Source: Syntrophales bacterium
GTDB lineage: Bacteria > Desulfobacterota > Syntrophia > Syntrophales > PHBD01
Reading direction: 5' to 3'
Length of the DNA stretch: 64,000 nt
Assembly: GCA_963668175.1 (NCBI GenBank)
Contig: OY764159.1
Coordinates: 1,248,001-1,312,000 of the forward strand
Under the pieces are notes generated by a model. That model saw nothing but the letters and a program-made list of their open reading frames with translations. It ran no database searches and was not told the origin of the DNA. This document shows positions 49,376-58,780 of this stretch, piece after piece. The first letter of the stretch is position 1. The number at the start of each line of letters is the position of its first letter. The position numbers and the translations under genes were made by a program.

Positions 49376-50170
49376 TTAAAAATCGCGATCGGCGCCGCCT
49401 CCGCCGCTGTCGCCGCCGCCGAACCCTCCGAACCCGTCGCCGCCGAATCCTCCAAAACCGCCCCGGCCTCCGCCGCCTCGGCCGCTGAAAATCAGCAGGA
49501 GAAGCCAGGGCAGCATATCCCTCCCCTGGGGCGTCGCCATGAGGACGATGAAGGCAAGGACAATAAGGACGATGGTAACGATGTTGACCCTGCTTTTCTC
49601 TTTTTTTGTCCTCGGCAGCTCGACAGGGAAATTCCCCGTCAGCGTGACGTGCGCATCCTTCGCGATAACGGCGGCCACGGCGGCCTGCGTATTGTAAAGT
49701 CCCGCTGCGTAGTCACCGGTTCTGGCCGCCGGCATGAAGTTTTCGTCCAGAATCTCGCCGATGAGACCGTCGGGAAGGATGCCCTCGACCCCGTATCCTA
49801 TTTCAATCCGGACCTGCTTCTCCTTCATGGTCAGGAAGATCAGAACGCCCCTATCTTTTCCTTTCTCGCCGATGCCCCATTTCCGGAAAAGTTCGTTGGC
49901 ATAGCTTCGGGCATCGTTTTCACCGATGGAGGGCATGACGGCGACGACAATCGACGTTCCCGTTTTGTCGAGGACTTCACGGGAAAGACTCTCCATCTTG
50001 GTCTTTACGTCGGGGGTAATGATGTGTGCATAATCATTCACCGCCCCGCGGGGTGCGGGGAACTTTTCCGCAGCCGCGGCCGGGAAGATATAAAGAAAGG
50101 CGGCGATTCCCAGGAGGATTAGAATCAGGGCTGCCCGACCGCCTTTGCGCTTGTTTGCTGATCCGATCAT
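49376..50170 (-). CDS. TPM domain (YgcG-like) membrane protein
   Basis: VNDYAHII, FRKWGIG, RIEIGYGVEGILPD, TM, Gly-rich tail GFGGFGGGDSGGGGA. Confidence 0.92.
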   Translation of the reverse strand: MIGSANKRKGGRAALILILLGIAAFLYIFPAAAAEKFPAPRGAVNDYAHIITPDVKTKMESLSREVLDKTGTSIVVAVMPSIGENDARSYANELFRKWGIGEKGKDRGVLIFLTMKEKQVRIEIGYGVEGILPDGLIGEILDENFMPAARTGDYAAGLYNTQAAVAAVIAKDAHVTLTGNFPVELPRTKKEKSRVNIVTIVLIVLAFIVLMATPQGRDMLPWLLLLIFSGRGGGGRGGFGGFGGDGFGGFGGGDSGGGGADRDF

Positions 50171-50421
50171 AGTCCGTTCCACACGAGCATTGCCCCTAAT
50201 CATATGCAATCGTGGGAAAAATCGCAATATGAATCTCAAGCATCTTCGGCATGTTGCCCGTCCACGGCCGGTGCTCATCCTCCCGCATCCGAGGCTGGAG
50301 GCGGAATTTGCAGAACAATACCGGTACCCGCTCGCCACGGGCGGGAACGTTGCGAGATGCGAGGTTGTGAAAGACCGGATTATATATTATTATGATACCT
50401 GACTGATGGAGGGAGGGGATT

Positions 50422-51969
50422 GTGGCGGGCGATTACCTGTTGGCTATCGACAACGGCACCCAGAGTGTCCGTGCGTTATTGTTCGATCTGAAAGGCAACC
50501 TGGAGGTCAAGTACCGGGTTCCGATCGAGCCCTATTTTTCGGAGCAACCCGGCTGGGCGGAACAGCATCCGCAATATTACTGGGACTCCCTTTGCCGGGC
50601 CTGCCAGGGCCTCTGGTCCATTACGGATATCCCCAAAAACAGGATCGCCGCCGTGGCCGTCACCACGCAGCGTTCGACGGTCATCAACCTCGACAAAAAA
50701 GGCAATGCCCTCAGGCCCGCTATCGTCTGGCTCGATCAGCGCCGTACGAACGGACTTAAACCCGTAGGCGGATTCTGGGGGCTCGGCTTCAGGCTGACCG
50801 GGATGACCGATACGGTGGCCTATCTCCAGGCGGAGGCGGAAGCCAACTGGCTCCGTGTTCACCAGCCCGACATCTGGAACAAAACGCATAAATATCTCCT
50901 GTTGTCGGGGTATCTGACCTATCGCCTGACGGGCCGCTACGTCGATTCCGTGAGCAGCCAGGTGGGCTACATTCCTTTTGATTACAAGGGACAGCGGTGG
51001 TCGTCGCCGCTGGACTGGAAGTGGCAGGCCGTCCCCGTGGACCCGTCGATGCTTCCCGAGCTGGTCCCCGCCGCTCAGCCCCTGGGGACGATCACCAGGG
51101 AGGCGGCGCGGATGACGGGCATACCCGAAGGAATGCCCCTGATCGCCGCCGCGGCGGACAAAGCCTGCGAGGTCATCGGCGCGGGCTGCCTGGAACCCCA
51201 TATCGGCTGCCTGAGTTACGGTACGACGGCCACGATCAATACAACGCACAGGAAGTATGTCGAGGCCATTCCGCTCATCCCGCCTTACCCGGCCGCCATC
51301 CCCGGGGCCTACAGCCTTGAGATCATGATTTATCGCGGTTACTGGATGGTCAGCTGGTTCAAGCAGGAATTCGCCGACCGGGAGCAGCGGATTGCCGAAG
51401 AGCAGGGCATAGAGCCGGAATTTCTCTTCGACGAACTGGTCCGCCAGGTCCCTCCCGGATCGCACGGGCTCATCCTGCAGCCCTACTGGTCGCCCGGCCT
51501 CAAATTGCCCGGTCCGGAGGCCAGGGGCGCCATCATCGGCTTCGGCGACGTCCACAACCGGGCGCATATCTATCGCGCCATCCTGGAAGGCCTCGCCTAT
51601 GCCCTGCGGGAAGGGAAAGAACGTTCCGAAAGAAGGAGCGGCGTGCCCATCACGGAACTCCGGGCGGCCGGCGGGGGATCGCAGAGCGATGCCGCCATGC
51701 AGATCACGGCGGACATTTTCGGCATGCCCGTGGCGCGGCCCCATGTTTACGAAACTTCCGGCCTCGGGGCAGCCATCGACGCCGCTGTGGGCGTGAAGCT
51801 CTTCCCCGATTTCGAGTCCGCCATCGGTGCCATGACGCACCGGGGCAAGGTATTCACGCCGGACGATAAGATGAAAGGTATCTACGACCGGCTGTATCGC
51901 AAGGTCTACCAGCAGATGTACCGGAAGCTGAAGCCGCTGTACGAGGAGATAAACCGGATCGTTTCCTGA
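50422..51969 (+). CDS. FGGY family carbohydrate kinase (YgcE-like)
   Basis: [39 protein letters not shown]. Confidence 0.9.
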   Translation: MAGDYLLAIDNGTQSVRALLFDLKGNLEVKYRVPIEPYFSEQPGWAEQHPQYYWDSLCRACQGLWSITDIPKNRIAAVAVTTQRSTVINLDKKGNALRPAIVWLDQRRTNGLKPVGGFWGLGFRLTGMTDTVAYLQAEAEANWLRVHQPDIWNKTHKYLLLSGYLTYRLTGRYVDSVSSQVGYIPFDYKGQRWSSPLDWKWQAVPVDPSMLPELVPAAQPLGTITREAARMTGIPEGMPLIAAAADKACEVIGAGCLEPHIGCLSYGTTATINTTHRKYVEAIPLIPPYPAAIPGAYSLEIMIYRGYWMVSWFKQEFADREQRIAEEQGIEPEFLFDELVRQVPPGSHGLILQPYWSPGLKLPGPEARGAIIGFGDVHNRAHIYRAILEGLAYALREGKERSERRSGVPITELRAAGGGSQSDAAMQITADIFGMPVARPHVYETSGLGAAIDAAVGVKLFPDFESAIGAMTHRGKVFTPDDKMKGIYDRLYRKVYQQMYRKLKPLYEEINRIVS

Positions 51970-52008
51970 TGCCGCCGGGCACAAAGAGACGTCTGTCTTA
52001 AATAGTCC

Positions 52009-52036
52009 TTGTCTTTTGGCGGCAGTTGGATATAAT
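52009..52036 (+). promoter_or_regulatory. putative sigma70 promoter
   Basis: TTGTCT-N16-TATAAT. Confidence 0.5.
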
Positions 52037-52064
52037 CCAACACCTTGAAACAAAGGAGGAACCG

Positions 52065-52568
52065 GTGAATATCGGCGTCATTTCCGATACGCATCTCCAA
52101 GGATGCCACGAAAAACTTGAACGAATCGCCGCCTCGATCTTTCGTGACACGGACCTGATCCTTCATGCGGGAGACCTCGTTGACATCGCCGTTCTCGACG
52201 CCTTTGCGCCAAAGGAGGTCAAGGCCGTTTTCGGCAATATGGACCCTCAGGGCGTACGGGATGTCCTGCCGGAAAAACTGGTATGGGACATCGAAGGGCG
52301 ACGTTTTGCACTCGTTCACGGGTGGGGTGACCCCGCCGGGATCGAAAAAAGGCTTATCGATTACGTCGGTCCGGTGGATTGCCTCGTTTACGGGCATACG
52401 CACAGTCCGGTGAATGAACGGTGGGACGGCACGCTCTTCTTCAACCCCGGCTCGGCGTTCGACAGGCGTTTTGCCGCCCATAACACGGTGGGCCTTCTGG
52501 ATGTCGGCGAGGAGATGACGGGCAGCATCGTTATCCTGGATGAATTTTTTGACGGGAAGGGAAAGTGA
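52065..52568 (+). CDS. YfcE/MJ0936 family metallophosphoesterase
   Basis: ISDTH, HAGD, GNMD, HG, GHTH, NPGS; GTG after AAGGAGG. Confidence 0.92.
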   Translation: MNIGVISDTHLQGCHEKLERIAASIFRDTDLILHAGDLVDIAVLDAFAPKEVKAVFGNMDPQGVRDVLPEKLVWDIEGRRFALVHGWGDPAGIEKRLIDYVGPVDCLVYGHTHSPVNERWDGTLFFNPGSAFDRRFAAHNTVGLLDVGEEMTGSIVILDEFFDGKGK

Positions 52569-52571
52569 AAC

Positions 52572-53066
52572 ATGGATGTCAAATTCGCCCCGTGGCGGAT
52601 CGGGTATATCAAGGGGGAGAAGAATGCAGGCGGCTGTATCTTCTGCAGGAATTCGGCGAGAGACGAGGCGCTCATTCTCTGCGAGGGACGCCTTTCCTTC
52701 GTTACAATGAATCTTTATCCATACAACAACGGTCATCTGATGGTTGTGCCGAACCGGCATGTGAGCCAGTTTGAAGACCTGACCGGGGATGAAAAAACGG
52801 AGATGTTCGGGCTCACGGACATGGCGCTCATTGCCCTGAAGCGGGTCATGAACCCGGAGGGGTTCAACATCGGGATCAACCTGGGGAAGGCCGCCGGAGC
52901 GGGAGTGGATGAACACCTCCATGTCCATATCGTTCCCCGCTGGAACGGCGATACCAACTATATGAGTACCGTCGGCGCCGTGAGGGTGATACCGGAAGAC
53001 CTCCTTGAAACCAGAAGACAACTCCTGCCCCATTTCCGGAAAGAGAATGAAGGAGATTTAGAATGA
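52572..53066 (+). CDS. HIT family protein (Ap4A hydrolase/phosphorylase-like)
   Basis: APWR, CIFC, NLYPYNNGH, HLHVH, PRWNGD. Confidence 0.92.
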   Translation: MDVKFAPWRIGYIKGEKNAGGCIFCRNSARDEALILCEGRLSFVTMNLYPYNNGHLMVVPNRHVSQFEDLTGDEKTEMFGLTDMALIALKRVMNPEGFNIGINLGKAAGAGVDEHLHVHIVPRWNGDTNYMSTVGAVRVIPEDLLETRRQLLPHFRKENEGDLE

Positions 53067-53380
53067 AAATTATCTATACGATTCTTATCGTGCTGCTTAT
53101 GATGTTCATGATCACATTCTCCCAGGAGAATACGGCGGTCGTCCAACTGCAATATTATGATTTCATGAAACGGTCCCTGCCCATCTATATGTTGATCTTC
53201 CTGTCCTTTCTCGCCGGGGTCATCTTCACGGGCTTGATGGGCATCGTCGAGCGATTCAGGATGAACAGGACGATTTCCAGGCTCAATAAAGCGGTTCGCG
53301 ATTTACGAAGGCAAATCAGGGAGAACGAACCCCCTCCGCTCATCGAAGAAGACAAAAACGGCGAAAAGACGAAGAAGTGA
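53063..53380 (+). CDS. LapA (DUF1049) family membrane protein
   Basis: TM-FSQENTAVV-TM-coiled coil. Confidence 0.75.
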   Translation: MKIIYTILIVLLMMFMITFSQENTAVVQLQYYDFMKRSLPIYMLIFLSFLAGVIFTGLMGIVERFRMNRTISRLNKAVRDLRRQIRENEPPPLIEEDKNGEKTKK

Positions 53381-53448
53381 CGGCGGGAACCGGCAGCGGC
53401 TTCCGCAATTGAAGAAGCGGATGGCGTGCTGCGGCGGTGAAGGAAATG

Positions 53449-53486
53449 AAAAAAGAGGGTCGCTGAATCATCAGCGCCCCTCTTTT
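53449..53486. terminator. bidirectional rho-independent terminator
   Basis: AAAAGAGGG-T-CGCTGA / TCAGCG-C-CCCTCTTTT between convergent genes. Confidence 0.75.
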
Positions 53487-53515
53487 GCTTTCCAAGATAT
53501 GAAAGATGATCATGC

Positions 53516-53728
53516 TTACTTGGCCGGAGCCGCATCATCCTTATTCTCTTCAGCCTTCTTTTCCTTCTTGGCCTTCTTTGCCTTCTTGGCCTTCTTTGCC
53601 TTCTTTTCCTTGGCGGGAGCCTCTTTGGCAGCGGGATCCTCGGCCTTCTTCTCCTCGGCCGCATACGTTACACCGGCTACGGACAGAGCGAACAGCATTG
53701 CAAAAATAATCGACAGAAGCTTCTTCAT
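53516..53728 (-). CDS. small exported Lys/Ala-rich basic peptide (Asr-like composition)
   Basis: AAGGAGGTGA RBS; signal peptide ending TYA; KKAKKAKKAKKEKK. Confidence 0.75.
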   Translation of the reverse strand: MKKLLSIIFAMLFALSVAGVTYAAEEKKAEDPAAKEAPAKEKKAKKAKKAKKAKKEKKAEENKDDAAPAK

Positions 53729-53768
53729 TGTGTTTCACCTCCTTTCTTCGGTCGTTGCGCATAGTATG

Positions 53769-53785
53769 TACAAGAAGCATGCCAA
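53769..53785 (-). promoter_or_regulatory. putative sigma54 promoter
   Basis: Minus strand TTGGCATGCTTCTTGTA versus TGGCAC-N5-TTGCA, deviating at the -12 C. Confidence 0.4.
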
Positions 53786-54035
53786 TATCGACAGTTCAGG
53801 AATTGACCAGTCATGTGATTGGGTTGCCTGTTATTCATTCAGGAACATTCCTTCTTTCGCAGTCGCAAATTGAGGAATTGTGCCCCGCCGGCAGGGGAGA
53901 AACTCCCCGGTCCGCAGGTGGGGCGGGTTTACAGGTGTCGCGCTCCCCGGGGGATGGCCCACCGTACTTTTTTCGTAGACAATCAACGGTCTTTATGACA
54001 GGATTTGGCATTAAATTCATCCGGGGAGGTCTGCT

Positions 54036-54686
54036 ATGAGAAAGGTGTGGGTGTTTGTTCTCGCGATGGCTTTGGCACTCTTTATATCGGGCTGCGGCAA
54101 GGATAACGGTAAGGCCGTTCAGGGCGAAAAGGCTAAAGAAGAGAAGGCCGCGGTCAAGATGCCCCAGGAGATGTCCGCAACGGTCGTGAATGTTTCCGGC
54201 GGAAAGACCATGACATCGAAATTCTATATGAAAGACGGCAAGGTTCGGATGGAGATGGAGGCTGCAGGCGGGATGTATACGATCGTCCGGAAAGACCTAA
54301 AGAAAGTATGGATGGTCATGCCGCAGGCCAAGTCCTATATGGAGATTGAAGAGGGTAAGGAGCAGCAGAAGCTTCCTGAGGAGAAGATGAAGGGGGAAGT
54401 GAGCAGGAAAGAAGTCGGTAAAGAGGTCATCGATGGTCATCCGACCACCAAGTATGAAATAACGACCAAGGTGGAAGAAAAGACCATGACATTCTTCCAG
54501 TGGCTGGCGACGGACATCAATTTCCCGGTTAAAACCGCCGCGACGGACGGCAGCTGGACTATGGAATACAGGGATATAAAGATCGGCGGCCAGCCCGACA
54601 GCCTGTTTGAATTACCTGAAGGGTACAAGAAAACGGCTATACCCTCCGCTGCGGGAAACATGAAGATTCCGGTCCCCGCCAAATGA
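54036..54686 (+). CDS. DUF4412-like lipoprotein
   Basis: Lipobox ISGC; KVRME...IVRKD...PQAKSYME; GKEVIDGHPTTKY; SLFELPEGY. Confidence 0.75.
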   Translation: MRKVWVFVLAMALALFISGCGKDNGKAVQGEKAKEEKAAVKMPQEMSATVVNVSGGKTMTSKFYMKDGKVRMEMEAAGGMYTIVRKDLKKVWMVMPQAKSYMEIEEGKEQQKLPEEKMKGEVSRKEVGKEVIDGHPTTKYEITTKVEEKTMTFFQWLATDINFPVKTAATDGSWTMEYRDIKIGGQPDSLFELPEGYKKTAIPSAAGNMKIPVPAK

Positions 54687-54736
54687 GGGAAACAACAAGG
54701 GCGGTTAGCGGGCATAGAAAATCGGATTAAAGAAGG

Positions 54737-56023
54737 ATGGCTCATCGCACCGTTCGTTCCGGTTACATGTCCCTGGCGGAACGATTGAACAGATTTCCCC
54801 AGGGCGCGCCCCCTTCGGAGCTTTGGTACAGCATACTCAAGATGCTGTTCTCTGAGGAAGAGGCCGGCCTGGTCGCTAGATTGCCGATCAGGCCGTTTAC
54901 CGCCGCCAAAGCGGCCGGCATCTGGAAAACGACGGAGGGGAAGGCCAGGGCCGTTCTCGACAGGCTGGCCGACCGGGCCGTTTTGCTCGACTGCGAGAAC
55001 GAAGATGGTGTGCCGGAATACGTGCTCCCTCCACCCATGGCGGGATTCCTCGAATTCTCCCTGATGCGCGTCCGGGGCGATGTCGACCAGAAGGTGTTGA
55101 GCGAGCTTCTTTATCAATACCTGAACGTGGAAGACGATTTCATCAAGGCCCTCTTCACACAGGGTGAAACGCAGCTGGGAAGGGTATTCGTCAACGAAGA
55201 CGCCCTGGAGCCGGAAACAGCCCTCCATGTACTGGATTACGATCGGGCAAGCGCCGTCATCCGGTCTGCGAAGCATATAGGCATCGGCCTCTGCTACTGC
55301 CGTCACAAGATGTCCCATGTAGGCAGGGCATGCGACAGGCCTCTTGATATCTGTATGACTTTCGGCACGACGGCGAGCTCCCTGGTCAGTCACGGATTCG
55401 CGCGTGCGGCGGATGCCGCCGAAACGATCGACCTGCTCGATAAGGCGCGGGAGTTCCATCTCGTTCAATTCGGTGAGAATGTCCGGCAGGATGTCGCCTT
55501 TATATGCAATTGCTGCGGTTGCTGCTGCGAGGCGATGATCGCCGCCCGCCGATTCGGATTCATGCATCCGGTCCATACGACGGGCTTTCTGCCCCGGATA
55601 AAAGACGACCTTTGTACGGGCTGCGGAAAATGTGTCAAGGCCTGTCCGGTCGGGGCCATGGTCCTGGATCAGCGGGATTCGGAACGGCAGCCGGCATTTC
55701 GAAAAGCAAGGCTTGCGGCAGACGCCTGCCTCGGCTGCGGGGTTTGCGTTCGTGTCTGTCCCAAGGGTGCCGTCCATTTGTCGGCCCGTCCGGAGCGGAT
55801 TTTCACGCCGGTCAATTCGGTTCACCGCATCGTGATGATGGCCGTGGAGAGGGGCAAACTGCAAAATCTGATATTCGACAACAGGGCCATGTGGTCGCAC
55901 CGGATGATGGCCGCCGTTATGGCAGCCATCCTGAAACTGCCGCCGGTTCAACTGCTCATGGCCAAGCGCCAGTTGAAATCGCGGTACCTGGAGACGCTGG
56001 TCCTGTCCTGGTCGAAGCGTTAA
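54737..56023 (+). CDS. multi-Fe-S protein with C-terminal 2x[4Fe-4S] ferredoxin domain
   Basis: CYCRH, CD..C, ICNCCGCCC, CTGCGKCVKACP, CLGCGVCVRVCP. Confidence 0.88.
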   Translation: MAHRTVRSGYMSLAERLNRFPQGAPPSELWYSILKMLFSEEEAGLVARLPIRPFTAAKAAGIWKTTEGKARAVLDRLADRAVLLDCENEDGVPEYVLPPPMAGFLEFSLMRVRGDVDQKVLSELLYQYLNVEDDFIKALFTQGETQLGRVFVNEDALEPETALHVLDYDRASAVIRSAKHIGIGLCYCRHKMSHVGRACDRPLDICMTFGTTASSLVSHGFARAADAAETIDLLDKAREFHLVQFGENVRQDVAFICNCCGCCCEAMIAARRFGFMHPVHTTGFLPRIKDDLCTGCGKCVKACPVGAMVLDQRDSERQPAFRKARLAADACLGCGVCVRVCPKGAVHLSARPERIFTPVNSVHRIVMMAVERGKLQNLIFDNRAMWSHRMMAAVMAAILKLPPVQLLMAKRQLKSRYLETLVLSWSKR

Positions 56024-56037
56024 ACAAGGAGGGGGAC

Positions 56038-56247
56038 GTGCAAGTAACGGATGGCAAGGAATTGTGCCAGATATGCGGGACGAGGGCCTCGGTCGTCTTC
56101 TGCGACGGCTGTTCGAAGCCGCTCTGCGAGGAATGCCGGAAATTCGATCTCTGGGGTTACGGCTGCGGCCATGTCGATCCCAAGGCCTTCTGTCGGACCT
56201 GCTTCGACGACGTCCGGGTTAATCCTTACAGCGGCAAGGTCGATTAA
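56038..56247 (+). CDS. 69-aa B-box-like zinc finger protein
   Basis: AAGGAGGGG RBS then GTG; CQIC...CDGCSKPLCEEC...CGH...CRTC. Confidence 0.75.
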   Translation: MQVTDGKELCQICGTRASVVFCDGCSKPLCEECRKFDLWGYGCGHVDPKAFCRTCFDDVRVNPYSGKVD

Positions 56248-56325
56248 CCGGCATGACAGGCCTTTGTACCGAACCCTGCCGCGGTTATCCCCCGGTTTTC
56301 AGAGTTCCTATCGACACGGCATATC

Positions 56326-57858
56326 ATGGGCAATGACAACCCTCCGGCCGACAAGGCCAAATCCGTATATCGGCGGATCCATCTTCGTCTGGCTTCGGCC
56401 TGGGACGTACTATGGGACACCGTCATCAATTACCAGAACAACGGCGACGTTAACCAGGCGGCAGCCATCGCCCTCTATGCCATCCTGTCCTTCATTCCCC
56501 TCTTCATCCTGACGTTTATCATGGTCGGCGAGTTCTTCGGCTCGAACCCGGCCATCCGGCAGGACCTGATCGACGGCATCCGCCGGTTCCACCCTTACTT
56601 TACCGGCGATATGCTCCGCCAGTTGGGCGAGATAGAGCATAAGAAGCAGCTCCTGGGGTGGGTGGGTATCATCAGCCTGATCTGGTTTTCGTCCCTGATC
56701 TTCGGGGCGATGGAAACGGCCTTCAACCTGATTTTCCGGTCCAAGACGATCCGGAATTATTTCTTCTCCAAACTGCTCGGCATAGCCATGATCCCGCTCG
56801 GCTGGGCCGTGGCGATGACCAGCATGGCCATTACCACCGTGGCGACGGTGATCATGCATCAGCCACTCATGGCCGAAGGGCTGTCCCTTCTGCCCTTCGT
56901 CAGGAGCTTCTTTTTCCGGACGGCCCTTCCCTATCTGGTCACAGTGGCTTTTTTCACCCTGGTCTACAAGATCATCCCCCCGGTGAAGGTGAGGATCGGC
57001 GCCGCCCTGGCGGGCTCAGCCGTTTTTGCCGCCCTCCTGGAGGCGGCCAAGCATTTCTTTGCCTGGTACCTGTCCAACTACACCCGGTATAACGTCATAT
57101 TCGGCGATCTTGAGGCCATTATCATCGTCCTTATCTGGATCTTCTATGTGGCTCTCATCTTTCTTTTCTGCGCCGAGCTGATCGCCTCCTATCAGCGACG
57201 GGACCTGCTTCTTCTGGAAAAGGCCTTTCTCAACCCGGGAAAAGCACGGGCCAGGCTCGACGATCGACTCTTCCGCCGGTTCGGCCGGATGTATCCGGCC
57301 GGGACCGTCCTGTTTGCGGAAGGCGACAGGGGCCGGAATCTCTATTATATTATCATGGGGCGCGTCCGGATGGAGAAGACCATGAACCAGGTGAAAAAAG
57401 TACTCGCCGAGCTCGGTCCCGGGGAATACTTCGGGGAGATGGCCGCCCTGAACGGCGCCCCGCGCTCGGCCGCGGCCCATGCCGTGGAAGACAGCGATAT
57501 CGCCGTGATTGATGAAGACACCTTTCACAGGCTCTTACGGGAAAGCGAGGGCGTCTCGCTTTATATGCTCAAGGAGTTCGCCAGCCGCATCAAGAACACC
57601 GACGAGGCCCTGAACGATCTGTCCCATTCCTGGATGAAGCTTGTGGTTATTCTGTATACTTTGATAAAATGGTCCTCGGCCGCCGCCTGCGACCCGTTGC
57701 AGGAACTGGCCGTATGTACAGGAAAGGAAGTGAATGAGATCCATCAAGTCTTGCTCGAATTAAATGCCGAGGGGATATTGACCTTCGAAAACGGTTATGT
57801 TACTGAATTCGCCAAGGAAAAGGCGTTGGAGCTCGTAAGCGGACAGAACTTCCTGTAA
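56326..57858 (+). CDS. YihY/BrkB family membrane protein fused to a cNMP-binding Crp-like domain
   Basis: AAAIALYAILSFIP, YKIIP, YNVIFGDL, WIFY..LIFLFCAE; then FAEGD, FGEMAAL...PRSAAA and an HTH-like tail. Confidence 0.88.
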   Translation: MGNDNPPADKAKSVYRRIHLRLASAWDVLWDTVINYQNNGDVNQAAAIALYAILSFIPLFILTFIMVGEFFGSNPAIRQDLIDGIRRFHPYFTGDMLRQLGEIEHKKQLLGWVGIISLIWFSSLIFGAMETAFNLIFRSKTIRNYFFSKLLGIAMIPLGWAVAMTSMAITTVATVIMHQPLMAEGLSLLPFVRSFFFRTALPYLVTVAFFTLVYKIIPPVKVRIGAALAGSAVFAALLEAAKHFFAWYLSNYTRYNVIFGDLEAIIIVLIWIFYVALIFLFCAELIASYQRRDLLLLEKAFLNPGKARARLDDRLFRRFGRMYPAGTVLFAEGDRGRNLYYIIMGRVRMEKTMNQVKKVLAELGPGEYFGEMAALNGAPRSAAAHAVEDSDIAVIDEDTFHRLLRESEGVSLYMLKEFASRIKNTDEALNDLSHSWMKLVVILYTLIKWSSAAACDPLQELAVCTGKEVNEIHQVLLELNAEGILTFENGYVTEFAKEKALELVSGQNFL

Positions 57859-57872
57859 GGAGCTGGCTTAAG

Positions 57873-58733
57873 ATGGAACCGGGACCGGGAAAGGGGGAGT
57901 CCGTACCGGAAGGGAAATTCATCACGGTACGGGGGATGCGTTTTCACTATCTGGAGTGGGAGGGCGGCCGCAAGCGGACCATGGTTCTCCTGCACGGCAT
58001 CGGCGATAACGCCCATATCTGGGATGACTTTGCCCGTGAAGCCTCCGGGTTCTTCCGCATCGTTGCGATGGATCAGCGGGGGCACGGCTTGAGCAGCCGT
58101 GCCGTACCGCCGGCATACCGCCTGGAGGACTATTGCGCCGATCTTGAAGGCATGACCGAAGCCCTGGGTATAAACGGTGCAATCCTCATGGGGCATTCGA
58201 TGGGGGCGCTGCACGCCACGGCTTACGCAGCGTCGAAGCCGGACCGGGTGAGGGCCTTGATCCATGTGGATATCGAACCCTGTCCGCCCGGCTGGAACAA
58301 GAAATATCTGCTGAACCTCTACCGCGATCTGCCGGAATCTTACACGGCCGTTGAGGAATATATCGCCGAGCAGTGCCGGAACAGCCCTTTCGCCGATGCC
58401 GGGAGGCTCCTTCCCCAGGCCGCCTTCGCCCTGTCGCGGCAGGATGACGGGACGTATCGCCGGACGTACGACCGGGAAGTGCTGCGCCATTTCGACGCCT
58501 ACGACCTCCGTTCGGTCCTTGCCGCTGTCGACTGCCCGACGCTGGTCGTGCGGGGCCAGGAGAGTCCGGTGATGAACAGGGAAGTGGCGGAAGAGATGAG
58601 CCGGGCGATATCGGGGGGCAGGCTGGCCGAGATTCCGGAGGCGGCCCATCCGGTCATGACCGACAATCCCGCCGCTTTCCAGACGGCTGTCCTCCGGTTT
58701 CTGGAGGAGGCAGGGCTGCTCGACCGGGCCTGA
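57873..58733 (+). CDS. alpha/beta hydrolase
   Basis: LHG, DQRGHG, GHSMG nucleophile, AAHPV. Confidence 0.9.
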   Translation: MEPGPGKGESVPEGKFITVRGMRFHYLEWEGGRKRTMVLLHGIGDNAHIWDDFAREASGFFRIVAMDQRGHGLSSRAVPPAYRLEDYCADLEGMTEALGINGAILMGHSMGALHATAYAASKPDRVRALIHVDIEPCPPGWNKKYLLNLYRDLPESYTAVEEYIAEQCRNSPFADAGRLLPQAAFALSRQDDGTYRRTYDREVLRHFDAYDLRSVLAAVDCPTLVVRGQESPVMNREVAEEMSRAISGGRLAEIPEAAHPVMTDNPAAFQTAVLRFLEEAGLLDRA

Positions 58734-58780
58734 GAAATCTATGGAGAGAGCGGGGCTCTGATGCGAAGGGAGTCGACGAT

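Noticed and set aside
50145..50402. 85-aa + strand ORF upstream of the FGGY kinase
   Set aside because: No RBS or recognisable motif; it occupies the divergent promoter region.
53570..53612. Short tandem repeats as a CRISPR or contingency locus
   Set aside because: These are 9-nt in-frame repeats encoding KKA, with no spacers or cas genes.
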